From Octopus bimaculoides (Eukaryota): 64,000 nt of DNA. The notes below the pieces were generated by a model. That model was not told where the DNA came from. It worked only from the letters and a program-made list of their open reading frames with translations, and ran no database searches. The position numbers and the translations under genes are program-made. Each line of letters starts with the position of its first letter. Position 1 is the first letter of the stretch. The stretch lies in NCBI RefSeq assembly GCF_001194135.2, contig NC_068981.1, positions 5,459,047 through 5,523,046 of the forward strand. Reading direction: 5' to 3'. This document shows positions 14,333 to 27,828 of the stretch, piece by piece.

Positions 14333-15234
14333 GAACCTTACTGATGCTGAAAAAGAAGCTAAAATTTGTTGTGATAGAGCGAATGAAACAAAACAGCCGT
14401 CGCCTTCTGTGGAAGTGGATGATGAACCAAAAGTAGAAACTGACAACAGTTCTTCTCAGACTTCAGAATATTCCCAGTCCTGTGATAAAGCATCTGTTGA
14501 AATCTGTGATAAACCTTCAAGTCCTGCTAATATTGTAGATATGCAGATAGATGCTGCAGAGCCAACAGCTGAAGCCTCTGAGTTAACTGAAATCAGGCTT
14601 TATACGGAAGAGATTTCTATCGAGGAGAAGAAGGCCAAGTCAATCCTGTCCACAATAGCTGCATTAAAGAGTGATGCCACTTGTACGAGCGAAGTAGATC
14701 AGAGAGAGTTGAGTGCAGAAGCTACAAGCAGTGAACAACAACAACAACAACAACAACCAGAACCTAGTTCAGAAATGAATATTCCTCCTCCTCCTCCTCC
14801 GCCTCCTCCTCAGACATCTGATCCAACGTCTTCCGAGGTCTTCAATGCGTTTCAGTATTGGAGGACTCCATTGCCAGATATAGCAAACCTAGAGTTAGAT
14901 TTGGCTGCCAGTAATAATAGTAAAGATGATAGTAATTCTGCAGATAACTTGTATGCTTCGAAACTAACACATCAAGACCAAGATAGCAATTCAACTTGGT
15001 GGTCTGGGGACCTGCTAAGCAGTTTAGCTAATATGGATCTTAGTAAATTTTGGCAAGTTCCTTCAGACCTCCAATGGGTGAACTCTGCTGCTGAGGTTGA
15101 ACGTAGTGCTGCTCGAATTATTCACACGGCCAGTATCAGCACTGTGTACAATCCATCCGAAACTGTTTCCAACATTGGTAGCACCCATTTGTTTGGTCAT
15201 CACGTGAACGAGTCTGCAAAAGCCATGGGTGATT
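14333..15234 (+). CDS. PPP4R1: PPP4R1 large acidic/low-complexity insert exon (polyQ, polyP, FNAFQYWRTPLPDI)
   Basis: tttgtttcag/GTAAGT at 15235, 902 nt phase 2/1, inside ORF 14409-15260; conserved motif matches vertebrate YNSFHFWRTPLPEI. Confidence 0.93.
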
Positions 15235-18200
15235 GTAAGTATATTTCTTTTTCACTTTAGCAATGTATTTGCTTGTTTTCTAAAACCTTGTCCCCTTACG
15301 TCAGACCTCCAGGCACCATTCCGATGTTTGCTGTAAAGATTCTGTTGCACCATTCCATATTGCCACTCACCACCTGATTTCTCTTTTACAACCTTCACAT
15401 AACACAACCCACTGAGGGCCCATTGACTAATGGTTAGTGCGTTTCTTATACAGTTGCAAGGTTATAGTTTCAATTCCCAAGCTAGCAGTACATTTCACAT
15501 TGCTCCAGTCCACTCAGCTGCAAACAGGTATGCTGTCCATGGGTAGTGGGTGAGATTGGCCACTCACATGCCACAGAAACTGGGCAATCAGTCCCGTGTG
15601 TCATAGAATTCGAGAGTGTAATGTCCAGGGTTTCTTAATGGTACTATGCAGAAAGGTACCGTTTCACCAAACGATCCTTGGAATGACACATTGTCTCTGC
15701 CACATTTGTGTTATGCCTTTCATGCATGTTTCACCTCAAGTGTGGGTCATGCTCCCCTTATCTGTTTATCACTTTGCTGCATATATTCATGTCTCTACTA
15801 TACACTATAGTCCTACTTATCCATATTATATCATAAAGAGACTGCCTAAAGGTTATCTGGTTACGAAACATTAGGTGCAGGCATGGCCGTGCAGATAAGA
15901 AGTTTTGGGTTCAGTTCCAGTGTGTGGCACCTTGGGGAAGTGTCCTCTAGTATTGCACCTTTGTGTGTGGATGTAACAGAAACTGAAAGAAGTGTGTCTT
16001 TGTCCCCTTGTCTTGACAGTGTTGTAAATGATTGCCACTGTCATACAAGCAGTGTCCTTTACTTGTAATGTTCTGTGAAGACGTGTCTGGCCCTTGTGCT
16101 CTATTGCAGAGGCCGGAAGCACGAGGGTTGACCAAAGGGCATTCGACAGTGGAAAGTCTGCCTCAGTAAACTCTGTCCAACCCATGGCAACCTGGAAAAG
16201 CAGGTATAAAATACAGATGTTGATACAAGCAAGACTTTCTAGTTGAAAAAAATTCTGAGAATTATTTAGAAAGTGAGTTCACACTCTTTCGGGAATGTTA
16301 ATATAAATTGAGTTGAAATCCTTAAATATTTAAATCTACTTGTTTTCTGTGTTACTTTTGGCTGCAGCAGCCATTTTTTTGGCTTGTTTCTGTATTTCAG
16401 GTGAGATCTTGTCACTAAACACTTCTCTATGATAATTTGATTTAACCAATTTGTTAATGTATTTCTGTTGAAGTACACTACCTTTGTTTCAATGAGTTGT
16501 GGAACTATTGAACAATGTAGTAAAATAGTTTTGTCATTTTTGATGGAAGTTTTAAGTTTGGATCACTTTAAGCCATCCATATTCTACCAAAATATTCTGT
16601 TTTATAATCCACCTGGCCAGGTGTGGTCCTTGACACCTACCCTGCTTTGTCTTTTTAAAAATAAACGATCATCATTTGTCTACCTTCCATGCTGGACGAT
16701 TTGATGAGAGCCGGCTAGGCAGAAGCCTGCACCAGGCTTTGTAACCGTTTTGGCAGGATTTTTATGGCTGGATGCCCTTCCTCACACCAACCATTCAGCA
16801 GAGTGGACTTAGTGCTTTTTATGTGACACAAGCACAGGCGGGGTCAGTTTTGGCAAGGTTTTTACAGCTGGACGCCCCTCCAAATGCCAACCACTGTACA
16901 GTGTAGACAGTAATCTGAATGTTAAAAGGGTTGAACGGGAAGTTTTTCTTGTTCCAGGGGTTGTGGTTACTGCTGGGTTGATAGTCAAAAGGGTGAAAGG
17001 GATCTATTTGTAATGAATGGTAGCAAAAGATTTTTATTATCAACATTTCAATTCAAATTTGTACAAGCTTTGCTTTTGTTTTACGATATGTTTAGGATAG
17101 TTGTCATCTGGTCGAGCTTGCTTGGACATTTTTTAACCCTTGCCCATTGTCCCTCTGTCTTGGATTAATTGAGGGAGGTCTTCAGGGTGACGTTCAGTGT
17201 CTCTGGTGAGTCTATCTACATACATGGTGTTCTAACAAGCTGCTCAAGTATGGTCGTACTTTGGCTTCCATAGCAGTGGGTCATTTGCTCTTGTTTAGTG
17301 CCCCACCACAGTCCTGCAAAATGCAAGCACCTTCTTATTATGGAATGGGGGGTAGGAGACAGGCAGATTTACATACAGCTGTTTCTTGTGCTCTTAACAT
17401 ACAGGTGTAAGTTCCATTTAGCTTGGGTTTTAGTTGCTCCATATAAAAGAACTGACTAATTGTCTGACAGGGTTGATTCCCAGACAACATCCTGTCTATT
17501 TAGATCTGATCTTGCTTAGGATAAGCTTCTAATTTGTGATGCTATGAACCTATTGTGATTGGATGATTGTCATTTCTTTGAACCAGAAACTAATTCTGTT
17601 TGAATTCTCTTAATCACTGGATTCTAGTCAACAGTCTTTATACGAAATGTCTTGTTTTGAAAAAGGTTGGCAAACTATATCTTTATATATAGCAAGCTTT
17701 GAAATCCGTTATGTACATGTTTTATTTTTATATGCACACACACACACACACACTTCAGGAATGTAACCGCATGTGGACTGTTGGCGATTTTTCCATTTTT
17801 TTCATTCTTCCTCTTTGGACTTCACTGTTTCTGACAAAGAGCCATGCTCGAAATGTTGACATCTCTCTCCCTCCTTCATCGATCGTCTAACTAATATATT
17901 TCTTGTGCATGTCCTCACATTCAGGGTTTTTAGTTTTTTTTAAAATTATATGTATAAGCACCCACTACAGTCTCTGAGTCGTTGGTGTTAGGAAGGGCAT
18001 CCAGCTGTAGAAACATTGCCAGATCAGATTGAGACTGGTGCAGCCTCTTACTCACCGTCCAACCCATGCCAGCATGGAAACCAGACGTTAAATGATTATA
18101 TATATATATAGCAAGCTTTAAAATCTGTTATGTACATATTATGGTTTTAATTGAAACTAATAAAAGTTTCATGGCTCTGAAAATACAATGGTATAGATGC

Positions 18201-18378
18201 ACTCTTATAGCATGTTGCATATTTCCATACAACCATCACACTCACAAGCTCTATCTATGCAAGCTTGTCCAAACATATTTTCTAAGGCATCCAATTAATG
18301 GTAGCTTGAATTGAAACCCTGTGTATATTATATATTTATCTTTCACTGGATGGAGTCCTTTTTCTTTTGAGCCCATCA

Positions 18379-18383
<5 letters not shown>

Positions 18384-18428
<45 letters not shown>
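18384..18428. repeat. (AT)n microsatellite
   Basis: direct reading. Confidence 0.97.
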
Positions 18429-18431
<3 letters not shown>

Positions 18432-19121
18432 TCTATATAAATAATAGTTTTGAAATTGGCTGCATGAACTACATGCTTTATATAGCTTGTTCTCTTGAAA
18501 TTCACTGGGTGAACCACACATTTTTCATGTTTCTGTTTTATTTTCTCTAGATATATTGAGAAAATGTCATAGATCCATTAACCCTGTTAAGTTATCTGGT
18601 TTTTCAGGTCTTGGCATTTGCAATGATAAAAGAAATGATCAAATACTTATTACAAATGTTCTTAAGGAATGTTGTTTGATGTTGCCAAATGTTCTTAATG
18701 GAGTGGATGTGTTTAATCAGAAGTTTGCTTACTTAACGCATGGTTGGTGATTCAGTTCCACTGCACAGCACTTTGGGCAAATATCTTCCATTATAGCATT
18801 GGGCCTTGACTGGATTTAGTTAACAGAAAGCTTTGACTTGGATTTGGTTGACAAGAACACAAGGAGCTTGTCATGTGTCTGTGTTTTCCTCATTTTTCTC
18901 TGGCTTGGTGTCATTGGCTTGCAGTCTACCATGAAAGCAGATCTTGGCTTCGTAGCAAATAGCACTGTCTGTCTGTCTGTCTGCCTCCAGTTCCCTGCAT
19001 AAAACATGTCCAACCTGTTAGTTGCGAGGTTGTTATCTCACTTGGAAACAAGTAGGGGTTGGGGACAAATTGTCTTGACATACTCTTGGCTCCTGCAAAC
19101 ATGGCAAAGCAGACATTAGAC

Positions 19122-19263
19122 CAGTGGTTCCCAACCCTTTTATTTAAACGAGTTTTCTCATAGATGCATCTTTGATATGCTCATCCTTGTGTGTGTGTGG
19201 ATTTTGAATTTAGTTGATAGACCTCCAGTACTACCTTTACGGGCCACAGGTTCAGAACCACTG
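19122..19263. mobile_element. hAT-type MITE
   Basis: CAGTGGTTCCCAACC...GGTTCAGAACCACTG TIRs; 8-bp TSD CATTAGAC/CATTAGAA. Confidence 0.85.
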
Positions 19264-20342
19264 CATTAGAACAACAACATCCCTCATTAAAATAGACTAG
19301 AAACATTTTTTTTTAGTATTCCTTTTTTAATTTTTGGTTTCTAATAAAATTTAATTTTCTTGATAAAATTTTGAAGTATTGTTTTAAGATCGTTTAAGTA
19401 ATTCATCTCAGAAATTTCAGCTTAATTTTCTCGGTTAAATATTGGTTTTAATTTACTTTTTATGGTTGTTCAAATATAAAATGACTGTTTTGTGTGGTTG
19501 TGAGTTTGGTCCCAACAGCATGGCACCTTGAAGCAATTCCTTTTCTGGGTGGGATGTGGTCGACAGAAATGTTGTGTGGTGTTTATGTGGCTGTAATTTA
19601 GAATGCAAAGGTGGATGAATACCAGGAATTTTCCCCTGCATGTCAGGGGTTTGTTTGACCCTTGTGGTACTTGTCTAACCCATTGAAAATACACTGCCTT
19701 TGTTTTGATTAATTTTGAAAATGAAAAATTTGAGGTATAGAAGGACAGATATGGGTATGTTACTGTTGATACGTGAATACTCGAGATGAAAAAGAAGGCA
19801 GGGTTAGGGTTAGGGAATAAGAGAGAGAGAGAGAGAGAGTAATAGTGGAGAAGATGTGTTGTGACCTGCTCTTGAGGGATATGGGGGATGGTGAGAATAA
19901 GTGAGTTTTGACTAAGGGCATCCAGCTGTAGAAACTCTGCCAGATCAGATTGGAGTCTGGTGTAGCCATCTGGTTTGCCAGTCCTCAGTCAAATCGTCCA
20001 ACCCAGGCTAGCATGGAAAGCGGATGTTAAATGATGATGATGATGATGATGACGACTGGGTGGGTGAGCAGAATAGAGATGATTGTTGAGCAAAATACAG
20101 GAATAGCTTGAGGTTTTTTTGCCTTGCAAGTTACTTGGTGACCCTGTCAGTGCCTGTACCATCTATAATCCACCTGCTCCACTCTGTAAAGTGGTTGGCA
20201 TTAGGAAGGACATCTAGGCATAGAAACCATGCAAAAACAATGGAACATTGTGCAATTCCAGGCTTTGCCAGCTCTTGTCAAGCCATCCAACCCATGCCAG
20301 CATGGAAGACAGATGTTAAATGAATCTAATGAAATAGTATAA

Positions 20343-20574
20343 TTAACCCTTTTAGCATTCACGTTATTCTGTCAAGTGTAATGCTTATTTATTCACACTG
20401 TCTTTGAATTAATCCTGCATTGTCTTATACCCTCGAAGGTTTCAATAACAGGAAAGTTTAATTTTTGGAATAGCATTGTAAGGTAGGTGTGAGAAGCCAG
20501 ATCTGGGTAGTTTTAACATAAAAGAAGTAGAACATTGAGGATGGATAGGGCTGGTTTAAATGCTAAAGGGTTAA
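20343..20574. mobile_element. second TTAA-flanked MITE family
   Basis: TTAACCCTTTTAGCATT...AATGCTAAAGGGTTAA; degraded relatives near 1097-1326, 4505-4680, 7890-8025, 13611-13814, 27890-28005. Confidence 0.75.
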
Positions 20575-20714
20575 GCTGGTATTTGGGACAAACTGACTTG
20601 GAATTGTACTGGAATGTTTCCCGATCGCTTTAAAACAACCAGGAGCAGTCGTGGGTGGGGGACGGTAAGGAAAGTTTAGTTATCTACATTACAATCGTCT
20701 GTAAAAATGTCCTC

Positions 20715-21230
20715 TTTTACTTGTTTCAGTCATTTGACTGCGGCCATGCTGGAGCACTGTCTTTAGTTAGCAAATCGAACCCAGGACTTATTCTTTGTAA
20801 GCCNNNNNNNNNNCTGTCTTTAGTTAGCAAATCGAACCCAGGACTTATTCTTTGTAAGCCTAGTACTTATTCTATTGGTCTCTTTTGCTGAACTGCTAAG
20901 TCATGGGGATGTAAACACACCAGCATCGGTTGTCAAGCTGGGGGGACAAACACAGACACACAAACCTATATATATATATGTGCACATATATATACGATGG
21001 GCTTCTTTCAGTTTCCGTTTACCAAATCCACTCACATAGCTTTGGTCGGCACGAGGCTATAGTAGAAGACACTTGCCCAAGGTGCCACGCAGTGGGACTG
21101 NNNNNNNNNNGCTTTGGTCGGCACGAGGCTATAGTAGAAGACACTTGCCCAAGGTGCCACGCAGTGGGACTGAACCCGGAACCATGTGGTTGGTAAGCAA
21201 GCTACTTACCACACAGTCACGCCTGCACCT
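20715..21230 (-). mobile_element. long form of the CORE-like SINE with microsatellite linker and 3' extension ending GAAACAAGTAAAA
   Basis: head at ~21225; same extension at 30130-30480, 51300-51510, 54375-54825, 56590-56970, 59295-59660. Confidence 0.8.
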
Positions 21231-21681
21231 GTTAATTTATGTTCTGAATACCTGCTTAATAGTGACAGTGCTAATTATTTTTTCATTATTTTCAAAATTA
21301 ATTGCGACAGAGGTCGTGTATATCAAATAAATCTGGTGACAGCTGGAAACCAATGAATGTGTGTTTGTGTGGACTGGGTGAGTAGGGCAATCCCTGCAGT
21401 CTATAATAAAGTTGGCAACTTAAGTTTCTGGTTTTGTCATGTTCAATTGATGGGGATCTTAAACTTCGCCAATGGGTTCCATGCGTTTGGGTTTGTCTTG
21501 ATATCCAGTTTGTCTATGCTAACACCACTGATATGGAATGTATTGATGAAGCATTGTTCTTGGGGCCTTGTCGTTGAGAAGCCTACTTGTTCAGCACACA
21601 GCCCCCACCTGCTCGCTTTTCTCTAAATATTCCTTTAGCTTTTATTGTTTTATATTTGTGGTTGGTTTTGTCTATTTGTAG

Positions 21682-21779
21682 GTTACAGCAGTGACTCAAG
21701 TTTACATCAAAGTTACGAAGGTAACTCGGCTAATGCTGACTATCCTTGTGCAAGAATAACAAAACTTTCAGCCCAGCAG
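21682..21779 (+). CDS. PPP4R1: PPP4R1 exon (C)YSSDSSLHQSYEGNSANADYPCARITKLSAQQ
   Basis: tatttgtag/GTAACG, 98 nt phase 1/0; exactly bridges the phase-1 end of the 902-nt exon and the phase-0 start of the next; low sequence conservation. Confidence 0.8.
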
Positions 21780-23679
21780 GTAACGCTTCTTCAATTAATT
21801 TACCATTTAAGTGACATAAATGACCACGAGTGTCTTATAAATTTCATTTTTTGCCATTCAGTATTTAAAATTTTCATATTTAGCTTCTTAGATAAAATAT
21901 TCATGCATTGAATATTTGTTTTGACTGTGTAAAGTTGATGCAAATAACAAAATTATATTTTGGAATATTTTCAGTTTAACATTTTTGTTATATCTTGTGT
22001 GGTGTGGTCATTATGCTAATAACACACACTGGTTAAATATTACTTCTTGTTAGTCAGTTGGCTAAATATCTAACCAATTAACTAATAGATTGCATGATTA
22101 ATGTGTTGGTTAAACAACCGGTTATTTGTTTGTCAAAGTCTTTTCATTGCTTTTCACAAACTTTTCCTTGGTTTGCTTTTCTCTCCTAAATGTCCGTTCC
22201 AAGTCTGTCCAAGAATCTTGGAAGCCAAATAAGTTGGTTTTTGGAACATAAATTAGCATAGAATTTTGACAAACTGTAGATCACATTCATCAGGGAGTTT
22301 GTGTCATGGGTTGGTTGGTATTGAAAGGATTAACCAGTTTGGAGATTACTGGACAGTGGTGGTGGTGGTAGTAGTAGTAGTAGTAGACATGCAAGAATTG
22401 ACTGTGGTTGATTTTCCAGACCTGTCATGGATTTCTATAGCAATCTTTGGAAATTATTGCAAACAAATTGTAAGAAACCCAGGACAAATTGATATGTTAG
22501 CACTGACCCCCACACACATGCAAACACCAATAATAGCCAATGGTATGCTGACATTTTGTAGCATTGTAATTCTTTGCCTTCTGTTGACCAAAATCCTGGG
22601 TTCTTCGGATGCTTTTCTTCCAAAGTTAATCACATAAAATATGATGGAATCATAACATGAAAAAGATTCCACTAATTCTAAATCTCTTTCCAAAGTCCGT
22701 ATATATGGTGTGCATCCACTCGCTACTGCTCATCGTCTGACTTCCACTGTCAGGAAATTTGGATACTGGCGTTGGTTGGCATTAGGAAGGGCATCCAAGT
22801 ATAGAATCCTGGCCAAAACCCAGGCAATGGGAATCTGCTGCAACTGTCTGGCTTCCCAGCTCTAGTCAGACCTCCTTCAATCCATGCCTGCATGGAAGAT
22901 GGATGTTGAATAATGTTTGTTACCATTCTTCAAAACTAAACAGAAGTGCTAAGGAATGGTTTGTTCAGGATGGCAGAGGATTTTAAGGACTGAGAGCTTT
23001 GTGTGTTAACACTTACCAAACTCGAGTCACTCTGCTGCTACTAAATATTAAAAACACATGCAAATGCTTATCTGTGCGTGTATTTCTTTTGTCTTTCACC
23101 CAACTAGAGAAGTGCTTGTTTCAAAATATGTGTACTATATTCTGCTACGCACATCTCTAGTTGGGCGAAAGACAAAGGAAACGAAGAACATTGAAGTAAG
23201 TTGCTGTTAATGTATTTTGGACACAGATATTTCCTGCTCTCGTTGATGGTAGAGACACACACATGACCATCATCATTTAATGTTTGTTTTCCATGCTAGC
23301 ATCGGTTGGATGGTCTGGCAGGAGCTGCCACAAGGTTGCATAGGAAGGACATCCAACCATAGAAACCCAAAACAGACTAATGCCAACCACTTTTACAAAA
23401 TTTACTGGGTGCTTTTTACGTGACACCAGCACCGACAGAATCAGCAAGTACTTTGCAAGACAACTACCCCTCAAATAGGGTGGGGGAGTATTGGAGTGTG
23501 GGTGTAGCTCTGTGCCAGTTGAGAGATTTATAGAAGGGACAGATAGATGCGTCTTGTTGTAGATACATAAAAATTTACAGTTGCTAACTTTCTTTTTATT
23601 TCTCTAATGCTTAGCCTAGCTCTTCTTCCATGATCATTAAATGTTTTATAAAATAATGTATTCTGAATTGATTCCGCAG

Positions 23680-23865
23680 GAAATAGTGCCTCCCAGTTTG
23701 TTACAGAGATTTCTTACAATGGTTGACCCTGCCTTATCACAGACTGTGGACTCTGAAATCACACGTCATTGTGCCTACAGTTTCCCTGCTGTTGCTTACA
23801 CTCTTGGCCGACATAACTGGCACTGCCTTAAGTCCCTCTTTGAAACCTTGGCTGCTGATATGCAA
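23680..23865 (+). CDS. PPP4R1: PPP4R1 exon EIVPPSLLQRFLTMVDP...HCAYSFPAVAYTLGRHNWHCL...LAADMQ
   Basis: ccgcag/GTGAGT, 186 nt; matches DVVPQALLDQYLSMTDPS...HCAYSLPGVALTLGRQNWHCL...LASDMQ. Confidence 0.98.
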
Positions 23866-26626
23866 GTGAGTATATATATTACGACCACTTTCACCCTTTT
23901 TCTCACCGTATTTTTATTTAGTTATTGAAAAGGAAACTTTTTGTTACTTTTGAATATCTTCAATCTTTTTGCTCGTTTCAGTCATTAGACTGGCCATGCT
24001 GGGGCATCACCTTCAGGAATTTTTAGGTGATTGAATCACTGCCAGTAATTTTAATTTTTACACCTGGTGCCTCTTTAGCCAAACTACTAAATTACAAAGA
24101 CGTAAACGCACCAACACCAGTTGTCAGGCAACGGAGGGGCAGGCATGCATGTGTCACAGGTTCCTTACAGTTTCCATAACACAGTCCTGCCTGTTCATGA
24201 AGACTTTATTAATATATCCATGAAATTATCAAGCAAGTGTTTGGAACAAATTGGCATGGAATTTTCATGATTTCTAAAATGAGTTTAGTATCAAAAAATT
24301 TCTAAATGAGGGGTTTCTACATCTTTTTCCCAGATTCTAAATATAATATTCAGCACAGGTTTCCCTTTTATGTGACATCAGCAGTGGTGCTTTTTACATT
24401 CATTAGTGATGCTGTTAATGTATTAAAAATTTTCTTATTTCCTAAGCATGCATTAAACATCTGAATTGTCTGCTGTGAAACAATTTGCAATGTTTTGTCA
24501 TGGCCCTTCTTGTATAGATTTCCTGTTGAAATTTTAGTAAATTTCTATATTTTACAATAAATTGTTCTGACATAACCAGTAAGATTAAGGTTGGTAGCAA
24601 CAAGTATTTGTCTTTTAAAAAGAGGAATTTCTTTCATACCATTATTAGATGGGACTACATGTGATGGAAAGTGTTCCTGAAGGTCGTGCCATAATATAAA
24701 ATTCATTTTACCATTGGTTTTCATGTTCGAAAGTAGATTTTTCCGAAAAATCAAAGAAAGAGAAAAAACTAGCAACACAACCACTTTTATGCATGAAAAT
24801 AAAAATTTCTAACGACAGGAATGGCTATGTGGTAAGAAGCTTGCTTCCCAACTACATGGTTCTGGGTTCAGTCCCACTGTGTGGTACCTTGGGCAAGTGT
24901 CTTCTACTATAGTCACAAACCAACCAAGGCCTTGTGAATAGATTTGATAGATGGAAACTGAAAGAAGCCCATCATGTGTGTTTGTCTCTCACTGCCATTT
25001 AACAACCGGTATTGGTGAGTTTGTATCCCTGAACACCAACCGATTGGCAAAGGAAACCAATAGAATAAGATTTAGGCTTGAAGCAATTCATTCAAGTAAG
25101 CTTCTAGATGGTGCCCCAGCATGGCCACACTGAAACAAGTGAACAACGAAAGCTACCCAGTATCACCTGTGTACATAAAACATATTTGAAGAGAGATACT
25201 TTGGGGAATTAACTAGAACTGTAATATAATGGGGGACGTTGGGCTGCCTCACGAGGCAAAGTGGCACGTGAAAAGCACCTTTTGAGTGTTTGGCCTCACG
25301 GAGGCAACATCAAATGGCTGACACCTTGGCATTATGTCCCGCTTGAGAAGACCCTCAAGCCAAGTAAAATCAGTCATGGCATATACTGGTGTCATGCAAA
25401 TGGCACCAATGCTGTTGGCACATAAAAAGCACCTGGTTGGCGTTAGGAAGGGCATCCAGCCGTACAAAACCATGCTAAATCAGACTGGAGTCTAGTGCAG
25501 CCTTCCAGCCTTGCCAGCCCTGGTCAAACCGTCCAACCCATGCCAGCATGGACAACGGTCGTCAAATGATGATGTTCTTACCACAAAAGCTGTTGACTCC
25601 TGTGATGAGGAACACTATTTTCTATCTTATACTTCATCATCAACATCTACTTAAGTGAAGAACTTCGCCAAAATCTCTTGCTGTTAATGGCAGATCATTG
25701 TCCTAATTTAGCCTCTGTTTTCCATCCTAGCATGGGTTGGATAGTTAGACTGGAACTGGTAAGCTGGAGAGCTGCACCAGACTCCAGTCTGTTTCGGCTT
25801 GGTTTCTATGGTGTGGATGTCTTTAATGTGTCATAAATTTGTAAAGATTTGGAAGGCTTTTCATGGATTTGCGTGTCCTCCTTTGGTGTAAGAACCATTC
25901 ACATTGTAAACATCTTGTACTTTTTGCTATCTTCATAATTAGGGTTATCAGCAAAAACTCGTAGACCTACCCCTGTGTGTGGCAATCATTTACTAAACTG
26001 TGAAAGAACATGTTATTATATGTGGTTTTGTAGTGAGACAAGTGGAGATGTTTGGGTAAGATTGTCAGTCAGCCTGAGACGTAGGTAAGATGAATTAGTG
26101 GTTAGCTGTGGAAACAATTGCTTGATCTATTCCATTGACAAACATTAACCCTATTAATATTGCTGCCTTCATTTTAATTAACTTTGAAAGTATGGAAGAA
26201 TTTAAAATAATTTTGGTGGAAGATTTTGAGAATTTAAAAACTAGAAATTTGTATCCTAATACGAAGAGGCAGTCTCATGTGAGTTCGAATCAAAAGAGTT
26301 AATGGAGAGATAACTTTTGTAGTTATATATATTGGAAGTCTGTCTGGACTTAGGGAAATCACTGGTAAATGAATGTTAGAAGCAGATGTCGTAGCTGATG
26401 CCAGTGGCATGTAAAAAAAATTCTTGGAGTGGTTGGTGTTAGGAAAGGCATCCTGTTGTAGAAATTTTGCCAAATCAAACTGGAACCTGGTGCAGCCCCC
26501 TGACTTACCAGTTTTCAACCAAACCGTCCAACCCATGCCAGCATGGAGAGCAGACATTAAATGATGATGATATGTGATTTAGCATTTGATGCTTGTTTCT
26601 TTAACAATATTTAATTTGGTTTTCAG

Positions 26627-26788
26627 TGGAAGGTTCGACGAACTCTGGCATTCTCCATCCATAAACTTGCTGTGATTTTAGGAGAAGATATTACCCATAA
26701 AGACCTGGTTCCTGTCTTTGATGGTTTCCTTAAGGATCTAGATGAAGTTCGGATTGGAGTTTTAAAGCATCTGATGGAATTTCTTAAG
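26627..26788 (+). CDS. PPP4R1: PPP4R1 exon WKVRRTLAFSIHKLAVILG...DLDEVRIGVLKHLMEFLK
   Basis: ttttcag/GTGAGC, 162 nt; near-identical to recalled WKVRRTLAFSIHELAVILG...DLDEVRIGVLKHLHDFLK. Confidence 0.98.
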
Positions 26789-27727
26789 GTGAGCCCTAGT
26801 ATAAACTACTATGCTTGGTTGACAAACCTTTAAACTTCAATTTTAACTATTTTCATACCTTTTATTTCTGTTGAAATAAATTGCCTGTCTTTCAGATAGC
26901 TATGAGAAATAGCTGTGGCTGTGCAGTTAAGATTGCTTCCCAACCATGTGGTTTTGGGTTCAGTCCTACTGCACGGCACAATGGGCCAACCAAGCCCTAT
27001 GAGTGGATTTGGTCAATGGAAAGTAAAAGAATCCCTTTGTGTGTGTGTCTGTATTTTTATCTAGGCATAGGTCTACAAACCTCTGTTCTTGACACTTGTG
27101 ATGTTGACTGTCCCATGGCCCCCTCTAAAGCCACTCTGTCTTCTGTGTTCTGAATGTGGTGGTTCAGGAGGATTCTTGCAAGAGAAATTCCTGGATGGTT
27201 GTCAAAAGAATTACCCGTTTCCTTTTCTTGTCAGACACCGTATGCCTCTTCCTCTTGCATGTAATGTTATTGGTTATTGTCAACGACGACAAACGGAACA
27301 AATAATTTTAGACATCCTGCGATGGTTGTAAAGAAACCTCACCGTCATCCAAGTGATGTTCTTTGTTTCCTGCCCTTCAGGAAAAGCAGATCTGGCTGCG
27401 AGGNNNNNNNNNNATCGTCCAACCCATGCTAGCATGGAAAGCGGACGTTAAACGATGATGATGATGATGATGATGATAATGGGTGATGGTTGGCAACAAG
27501 AAGGGCATCATTTAGTTGAGGAAATTCTACCTCAACAAAATTCTCTGTCACCAATACAGACTTCAAAAGTGGATGCTATAAACAATTGGAATGACTGAAG
27601 AATTTTGCTCTTAATCAGGATTTTGGAATTTTAATGGAAAGTTTCCATTCCTTCCCTTCCTAAATATTAAAAAACTTTTTTTTTTATTTTGTCTCTATTA
27701 ATCTTGAATTTTTTTTCTATTTTTCAG

Positions 27728-27828
27728 TTATTAAAGCCATCTGTGAGAAATGCATATTTACCAAAATTTGATAATTTTCTTACAACTGATAATCATAGAA
27801 ATTGGCGTTTCCGTTTAGAATTAGCAGA
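27728..27828 (+). CDS. PPP4R1: PPP4R1 exon LLKPSVRNAYLPKFDNFLTTDNHRNWRFRLELA(E)
   Basis: ttttcag/GTATGT, 101 nt phase 0/2; TDNxRNWRFR motif. Confidence 0.97.

Noticed and set aside
17186-17205. 20-nt cag/GTGAGT micro-exon candidate in PPP4R1 intron
   Set aside because: Not a multiple of 3 in a phase-1 intron and the polypyrimidine tract is weak
20755-21160. Direct duplications of ~50 bp on both sides of 10-N gaps (also 33095-33214)
   Set aside because: Typical unmerged contig overlaps; assembly artefacts, not tandem repeats
21721-21726. Internal GTAACT donor in PPP4R1 exon 21682-21779
   Set aside because: Would leave phase 1 against a phase-0 next exon (frameshift); no other support
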